64,000 nucleotides of DNA, taken from NCBI GenBank assembly GCA_025594325.1, contig JANHCV010000007.1, positions 1,116,001 through 1,180,000 of the forward strand. The letters are read 5' to 3'. The notes beneath the pieces were generated by a model that saw only the letters and a program-made list of their open reading frames with translations, did not search any database and was not told the DNA's origin. The translations under genes and the position numbers were made by a program. This DNA is from Blastocladiella emersonii ATCC 22665 (Eukaryota; Fungi; Blastocladiomycota). Positions 57,405 to 64,000 of this stretch are shown here, piece by piece. Numbering within the stretch: position 1 is the stretch's first letter; the number at the start of each line of letters is the position of its first letter.

Positions 57405-58755
57405 ATGAAACTTGATGCAAAGAACCGGCCGGTCCGACGCAGCTCGCGCATCCGTGCGCGCAGGGCGGGGTCGGCAGCACCGCCGCTGCCCCGCCTGCGA
57501 CCTCGGATTGCCCGGTCGAAGCCCGCGGCTGCTCTCCCCAAAGCGGCGAAAACCAATGGACGCAAACGGAGACGCCGCACCGCCCCGGAATCCGATGACG
57601 ATGATGCCGATGCGACGGAGAGTGAGCGTGAGGATGAGGGCGAGAGCGATGCTGAGAACGGCGACAGTGGGACCCGTGGGTACGGTGCGCGGTGCACGCT
57701 CGACTACGTGGCCGCACGACTGACCTCGCGCGGCTACGGTAGACCTGCGAGGCGAAGCTGGCGGGGAATAATCATGGGAAGTCTATCGGCAGCGATCAAG
57801 GTGCAGGCCCGCGCGAGCATGTTCATCTACGGCCCGTTTGCGAGCCCCGATATCATTCAAAAGCACTGCTACTCGGACTACCTCAACGTGCTCGGCGCGG
57901 ACGAGTCGCCGATGTCCTTTGAAGAGGTGCGGGCCTCTGGTTCGTCTATGCTATGTATGTGGCGCTAACATGTCTGCTGCGTGACTAGTACCACAAGGTG
58001 TTTTTGGAGACGATCCACAAGTTTCGCGGCTCACTGGGTCGGGCTGTGACGAAGCTCCTTGGTGCTGACCGCCACGCCTCGATCCGGCCACAGCTTCCTG
58101 CGCTCAAGACCGTGAGCAAGATTCAACCAGCACTGGATGCTGAAACCTAAGGCTGCCGGTCGCGGTCGCTCGCGCGGACTGCACCCGTTTCTTGGCGAGA
58201 TTGTGCGGCGGGCGCTCGCCTGGCGCGACGGTACGATGACTCGTGTTGCATTCGAGCCGTTGGACACTAACCACCGCTCGGACCTTTGCTTCGCTTAGTC
58301 AACGCCGTCGCCGAAATCGAAGCTTACCTCGAGCGCGTCAACGCTCGCACAGCCGCGCGTGGCATCGAGTCCAAGTTGGTGACGCTTCACCAACTCGCGC
58401 CAGTCCTTGTCGCCACGGTCGCGACCTTCGTACGCCGTGTCCGGCTGCTCACCATCATGACTCTTCCCTCAATTTGCGTCACTACGTGTAGGCGAACATT
58501 GGCGTCGCCTCGCACCTCGGCCTCGACCGCCACTCGCTCCCGCCGCTGCAGCAGCTGTATAACGAGACCATCGCGTCGCTCAACGGCCCGAACGGGATGC
58601 TCGGCAAAATGTTCATCGAGGACTCGTGCGCGCTTCTCGACACGCTGCGCGGCGAACGCATGACGAACGCGGAAATGGTTGAGAGCACGCGCGACGTGCC
58701 TCGCGACGCGCACTCGGGGCTCCCCGCGGCCGTGTTCGCCAGACGCGACGAGTGA
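57405..58755 (+). pseudogene. Unknown family, copy G (frameshift in exon 3)
   Basis: MKLDAKNRPVRRSSRIRA start, acidic tract, four introns at conserved positions, IYGPF..HCYSDY, AEIEAYLERVN, ASHLGL..LPPLQQLY, SGLPAAVF. The frame shifts at 58121-58127, where RSLE is missing before FNQHWM. Confidence 0.82.
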
Positions 58756-58970
58756 TATGAAGGTGTGAATGAATTGGGGAAGATTTTGATGATTTTCAAC
58801 GAACCATGAGTGGTGCGTCCTGCGATGTATGCCACGCAGGCTCGTTTGAGGGACCGACTTAAGTTGCGGACTTGACGCGTCGATCATCCAAGTGTGACGC
58901 GGCCGGGGTCTCACAACTCTGAGCAGGCGTGGGGTTGATACAGAATTGTGTGGTTTCTTCGTTAAACGCG

Positions 58971-59520
58971 TCATGTTCTCTCCCGAACACGAGCAGCTAC
59001 CATCGCGCGACTAGCAATTGTCATTGAAAACGTTGGAATCAACGAGCAGAGCAATTTGCGGACTAGACACACTTCGCGGCGCAAGTGCGGAGGCGGGAGT
59101 GACGGGAAGTTCGAGCCAAGCAGCGAGGATGAGATGATCAGGATTTGCAAGTTTTTTTTTTTGCCAAAACCATCACGGTAAGGCAAAGTGGTCAACATGA
59201 AGTTGCTCGGAGCTGTAAAACGATTAGGGCCCATATTGAGTGTCGCGGCTTGCAATGAACCAGCCAGGCTTGATGCGCTTTCCTGCCAACTGTTGCAATC
59301 GGCAACATGTTACAAACGCGACAGGATTGATGGATGAATGCAAAGCTCTTTGCGAGATCCGACGAGCTGACAATCCAGCGTCAGGCGGGCGCTTGAACTG
59401 TGGCCAGCTGAACCGGCAGACTTGGTCGCGAGTTCTTTGCCCTAATGTCCGTGTCTCCAAAGATTTGCCGCACACGATCCAGGCAAGCGTCGTACGGCTT
59501 CGCAAAGTTGCTCCCTCGGA
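58971..59520 (-). pseudogene. Probable highly decayed family copy H
   Basis: Minus-strand frames give SRPSLP..*RWIV..FIHQ (compare RPTLP..RHWM..IHP/IHQ) and LIISSSLLGSNFPSLPP (compare ASHLGL...LPP) in the correct order; weak similarity. Confidence 0.4.
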
Positions 59521-60034
59521 ATTAAGCATACATGCACAGGGGGTTGGTGTGCTGGTACCGCGGTCAAAACGCAATCCAAGAGTCAACGAGCCACTTGCCA
59601 AGCGAGGAGAACGAGAGCCCGAGTCGTGAGAGATCTGTCTTGAGCAGAGAAGCGTAGACGATTCAAGACACCCTCGAGCGCCCTCGACCAACTCGAGCGA
59701 AGCGCGCAAAACCGCTAGGCACCAACGCGAATAAACACTCAGCTGTTCTACATCGGGGAGCCACAGACTCGAGCGATGCCGCCGTATTCATCAAGTTTGC
59801 ATAAAGTTACATGCGATTCTAACGAGTGTGCGACTCGGCAGAGTCGAGGTGCGGGGAGAGGAAGCGCTTTCAGGGCGGCGAGCGGGGGTGGGAGTCAGCG
59901 CGTCGCACCACGCGTCGCGCCACCACGTGCGCGACTCCGCTTCTCCAAACTACGCCGCGGCTCGCTGGTTCACTCAGAAACCATCAGGATGATGAGAAAC
60001 AAGGACAGGATATATGTACAGCATCAGACAAGGC

Positions 60035-62140
60035 TCACGCCGTCTTGCCGGCGTACAGGTCGACCAGAATCGGGATGATGCTCGGGTCGGCCGCCGTGGA
60101 CATGTCCCCAAGCTGATCCGCCTCGCCCGCGACAATCTTACGAAGCGCCCTTCTAATCAGCTTTCCAGACCTCGTCTGAGGCAAAGCGGGCACAACGATG
60201 ACGCGCTTGGGCGTAGCGATGGGCCCGATGGCCTTGCGCACCTGGTGGGTGAGGAGGAGCGGGACGTCAGCGGCGGGGACGTGGGTGATCTTGAGCGTGA
60301 CGAAGGCGACGATCGCCTGGCCCGTGAGGTCGTCGGGGGCGCCGACGACGGCGGCCTCGGCGCACGTCTCGTGGGCGACGAGGGCGGACTCGACCTCGGC
60401 CGTCGACAGCCGGTGGCCCGAGATGTTGATGACGTCGTCGATGCGGCCGCGGATGTGGATGTACCCGTCGCGGTCGCGCGTGGCGCCGTCGCCCGTCAGG
60501 TACAGGCCCGGGTACGGCCGGAAGTACGTGTCGAGGTACCGCTGGTGGTCGCCGGCGACGGTGCGGGCCATGCTGGGCCACGGCCGGCGGAAGCACAGGA
60601 CGCCCGTCACGTCGTTGCCCTCGAGCTCGGTGCCGGACACGGCGTCGACGATGACGGGGTCGATGCCGAAGAAGGGCAGGGTGGCGGACCCGGGCTTGGT
60701 CGGGGTCGCGCCGGGCAGCGGGGTGATGACGTTGGACCCGGTCTCGGTCTGCCAGTACGTGTCAACGATGGCGCACTTGCCGCGGCCGACCACGTCGTTG
60801 TACCAGCGCCACGAGTCCTCCTGGATGGGCTCGCCGACGGACCCGAGCACGCGCAGCGACGCGAGCGAGTAGGGCTCAACGTGCTGGCTGCCGAGGCGGC
60901 GCAGGGCGCGGATCGCCGTGGGCGCCGTGTAGAACTGGGTCACCTTGTGGTCGTCGATGACGCGCCAGTACCGGTCGGGCGTCGGGCAGGTCGGGACGCC
61001 CTCGAACAGGACCGTGGTGGACCCGAGCAGCAGCGGGCCGTAGACCACGTACGTGTGGCCCGTGATCCAGCCGGCGTCGGCCGCCGAAAAGTACACGTCG
61101 CCGGGGTGCACGTCAAACACGTACTTGACGGTCATGGCGGCGCCGAGCAGGTAACCCGCGGTGGTGTGCAGGACGCCCTTGGGCTTGCCCGTCGACCCGC
61201 TCGTGTGCAGCATGAACAGCGGGTCCTCGGCGGCCATGGGGACGGGCGGGCACACGGGCCGGTGCCGGGCGAGCTCCTCGTGCCACCACACGTCGCGGCC
61301 GGGCTTCATCACCACCGAGGGACCGCCGGTGCGGCGGAACACGACGACCTTGGTGACGGACGGCGCGTCCTTGAGGGCCTCGTCGGCGATGCGCTTGAGC
61401 GGGATGGTCTTACCGGCGCGCATGCCCTCGTCGGTGGTGATGAGCACCTTGCACTCGGCGTTGACGAGGCGGTCGCGCAGCGAGTCGGCCGAGAACCCGG
61501 CGAACACGACGACGTGGGTGAGGCCGAGGCGCGCGCACGCGAGCATGGCGACGGCGATCTGCGGGATCATGGGCATGTAGACGGCGACGGTGTCGCCCTT
61601 GCGCAGGCCCATCCCCGCCAGCGCGTTGGCGAGCCGGCACACCTCGCGCAGCACCTCGGCGTACGTGTACTTGCGCTGCAGGACCGCGTCGTCGGGGTTG
61701 TCGGGCTCGTAGATGAGCGCGACCTTGTCCGGGTCGACGGCCGCGTGGCGGTCGAGGCAGTTGTAGCTGGCGTTGAGGGCGCCCTCGGCAAACCACTGCA
61801 CGTCGCCGTGCTCGAAGCCGCCTTGCAGGACCGTCTGGAACGGCGTCGACCACGACAGCAGCGCGCGCGCGTGCTCGGCCCAGAACTCGGCCGGCGCGTT
61901 CACGGACCGCTCCCACATGGCGCGGTACGCGTCGAGCGAGGCCACGTGCGGCGTGTAGCTGCCGTCGACGGCGGGACGCATGCGCTCGGGGACCGGGAAC
62001 ACGGGCGCCTCGTCGGCCGCGTCGGCGAGCGCGGGGTCGTTGGTCGGCACCGCCACATACTTTTCGGCGCGCAGCGGCGACTGCGGGCCGAGCGCGGGCG
62101 GGGTCTGCATGTTGTCGGTGTTGATAGTCTCGACTGTCAT
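60035..62140 (-). CDS. ACS1: Acetyl-CoA synthetase (AMP-forming)
   Basis: Intronless, 701 aa. [87 protein letters not shown]. Confidence 0.96.
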   Translation of the reverse strand: MTVETINTDNMQTPPALGPQSPLRAEKYVAVPTNDPALADAADEAPVFPVPERMRPAVDGSYTPHVASLDAYRAMWERSVNAPAEFWAEHARALLSWSTPFQTVLQGGFEHGDVQWFAEGALNASYNCLDRHAAVDPDKVALIYEPDNPDDAVLQRKYTYAEVLREVCRLANALAGMGLRKGDTVAVYMPMIPQIAVAMLACARLGLTHVVVFAGFSADSLRDRLVNAECKVLITTDEGMRAGKTIPLKRIADEALKDAPSVTKVVVFRRTGGPSVVMKPGRDVWWHEELARHRPVCPPVPMAAEDPLFMLHTSGSTGKPKGVLHTTAGYLLGAAMTVKYVFDVHPGDVYFSAADAGWITGHTYVVYGPLLLGSTTVLFEGVPTCPTPDRYWRVIDDHKVTQFYTAPTAIRALRRLGSQHVEPYSLASLRVLGSVGEPIQEDSWRWYNDVVGRGKCAIVDTYWQTETGSNVITPLPGATPTKPGSATLPFFGIDPVIVDAVSGTELEGNDVTGVLCFRRPWPSMARTVAGDHQRYLDTYFRPYPGLYLTGDGATRDRDGYIHIRGRIDDVINISGHRLSTAEVESALVAHETCAEAAVVGAPDDLTGQAIVAFVTLKITHVPAADVPLLLTHQVRKAIGPIATPKRVIVVPALPQTRSGKLIRRALRKIVAGEADQLGDMSTAADPSIIPILVDLYAGKTA

Positions 62141-62867
62141 GGCGAGAGAGAGCGCGCTGGAGAGTAGACGGGCGCGGTGGTGGGAACCGCGCGCACTTTA
62201 GACACGCCCCCGCTCGCTCAAGCCCCGCCCGCGACGCGCGCGTCAAGGTGCCGATACAAGGCGCGTCATCGCGATGTAGATTAGCGCGCGCGGCGTGTTG
62301 GGGATGGCGAGGCGAGGGCGGCGGGGCCAGCTGACACGCCGCGGGCGGCGCGGCGCGTCGTTCGGGGGCGAATTTTTAGCGTAGCGTCGCGCGCGTGACC
62401 GAATTCGGCGGACGAGTCCCTCGAGATGGCCCGCATGGGTCCCTTTGCGGCACGCCACCCGTTCCGGCGCGACGCGCCTTCGCTCACGGTCGCCTGAAAA
62501 GTCGCCGGCGCCGTGGCCGTGGTCGGGTCGGTCAGCGCTCGCGCCATGCCGGCCGGGATGGCGACGCGGTCGCTCTCAACCCTCGGCGATGGCCGCGTCT
62601 ATCGTGTGAGTGCATCCATCCTCGCCGCCGCGTCGCGATCAGGCCCATGAGACCCGCGTCGCCGTGCAGGACCGTGATGAATGGATCTCGGCTCGGCAGG
62701 AGCGAGAGCGGCAGCGGCACGAATGACGGCACGATGGCGGCCGTCCCTCCCCAACCTGACCAACGCGTCGCGCCTCAAGCCGTCGGCTTCGACCATGGGG
62801 CTAGGCGGGCGATGGGAACAACCGATGATATATATTTTTGACCCTGCGTCCTGCACCCTTCGTTTCA

Positions 62868-64000
62868 TCACTCGCGCGCGCCGCCCGCGGCGATCAGCTG
62901 CAGCGTGTCGGCGACGAGCTGGCGGACCTCGGCGTGCGCGGGGAACCGCGCCTGGAGCGCGCGGAGCGCGGCGGGCACCTTCGCGACGCGGGCCCACGTC
63001 GTAGCGGCAGGGACGTGCGCGACGTTGAGCCAGAGCTGGAGGACGCGGTGCGCGATCTCGGCCGACGGCTCGTCGAGCGTGAGGGCGAGCAGGCGCGCGA
63101 GCGGGAGCGGCGAGTCGGGCGACGGCGTCGTGGGGAGCGAGGACGCGTCGATCGACAGGTCCGCGAGGTCGTCCGCCAGATCCGTATCCCCGTCGCGGTG
63201 CACCGTGAGCAGCGCGGCGATCGTCTCGGGCGCAAACGAGAGCATCGCGAGGACGCCCGTGGCCGCGCGGCGCATCTCGAACCGCTCATCGACGTGCGCG
63301 TGCGCGACGCCGAGGTGCAGCAGCAGGCGGAGCCGCCGCGGGTTCGTCGCGCACGCCTCGACCATGTCGGGCCCGCAGCACAGCATGTTGCCCAGCAGCT
63401 CCCACGCCGCGCGCCGGATCTCCGGGTTGTCGGCGGTCAGCGACCCGCTGCGGTCCAGCCGCTCGAGCCACGATAGGTGCGACGGCACCACGCCCGCGTG
63501 CGTCGACAGGTTCGTCAGCGCCAGCAGCGCCTCGTAGTGCGCGAGCGGGTCGTTGGCGTCGCCCGCCGGTGCACCCGACGATGGCGCACCCTGCGACGAC
63601 GAAGCGACCGACGACCGGCGCCGGAACGGGCTCGCGTCACTGCCCGCGGTCGGGTCGGGGACCAGGTGCCAGAACTGGGCCGCGAGCGGCGCGATGAGCG
63701 CGTCCTGGAACGCGACCGCCGGATTGAGCGTGATAGCGCACCGCGCGAGCGCCTGCGCGGCGGCACGCTCCGTCCGCGCCGCGCGCGCGAGGAGACCGAC
63801 GGCGCCCTGCTGGACCATTTTCCCGCGGTGCGCGGGGACGCGCGCGAGGTCGAGCCCGATGCGCGCGATCCCGGCGACCAGCGCGCTCGACACCTTGCCG
63901 CCCGTCACCTGCGACTGGTGCCGGTACACGGCGGCGAGGACCGCGACCACGTGCATGTCGAGCAGCATCAGGCACCGCGCTGAGACCGCGGATTCGTCGT
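62868..64000 (-). CDS. UCS-domain myosin chaperone (UNC-45/She4/Cro1), C-terminal part; 5' end outside the window
   Basis: RGKMVQQGAV, AAQALARCAITLNPAVAF, YEALLALTNLS, RRAAWELLGNM, RRAATGVLAMLS, EIAHR. Confidence 0.88.
   Translation of the reverse strand, partial: DESAVSARCLMLLDMHVVAVLAAVYRHQSQVTGGKVSSALVAGIARIGLDLARVPAHRGKMVQQGAVGLLARAARTERAAAQALARCAITLNPAVAFQDALIAPLAAQFWHLVPDPTAGSDASPFRRRSSVASSSQGAPSSGAPAGDANDPLAHYEALLALTNLSTHAGVVPSHLSWLERLDRSGSLTADNPEIRRAAWELLGNMLCCGPDMVEACATNPRRLRLLLHLGVAHAHVDERFEMRRAATGVLAMLSFAPETIAALLTVHRDGDTDLADDLADLSIDASSLPTTPSPDSPLPLARLLALTLDEPSAEIAHRVLQLWLNVAHVPAATTWARVAKVPAALRALQARFPAHAEVRQLVADTLQLIAAGGARE

Noticed and set aside
59224-59709. Possible second copy of the LRR gene N-terminus (ELVEG.., IPREQLCEAVRR)
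   Set aside because: Only a few scattered residues match; another frame matches the 5-exon family better and in the right order.

Overview
A 64-kb, GC-rich eukaryotic window. Short GT-AG introns (about 55-85 nt, often with CTRAC/CTAAC branch points) and the gene set suggest an early-diverging zoosporic fungus (Blastocladiomycota/chytrid-like); this is an inference. Compact blocks of housekeeping genes (TVP23, TLDc protein, MTO1, ICMT-like methyltransferase, P-type II ATPase, RhoGEF, BSD2, SFM1, NAA25/MDM20, alpha/beta hydrolase, ZFYVE19-like, ARM-SPRY protein, acetyl-CoA synthetase, UNC-45/She4) alternate with three less GC-rich accessory islands (about 16.4-35.8, 39.8-45.7 and 54.5-60.0 kb). 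The strongest signal is an unrecognised 5-exon gene family (about 365 aa) present in 7, probably 8, copies. Two copies look intact, one has a dead splice acceptor and the rest are pseudogenes. Four copies clearly keep an N-terminal RRSxR[LI]R motif, most carry an acidic tract, and five copies carry an identical 13-bp element (CGCGTTGCGCCAC on the coding strand) 79-118 bp upstream of the ATG. The first island also holds a prodomain-less metacaspase spliced to a C-terminal Gly/Pro/aromatic/Cys repeat tail, a convergent small protein with similar repeat motifs, and a frameshifted LRR gene. Decayed non-LTR (RNase H + zinc finger) and PIF/Harbinger elements and a two-variant 15-bp minisatellite are also present. 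All family assignments come from motif recognition by eye; no database search was run.
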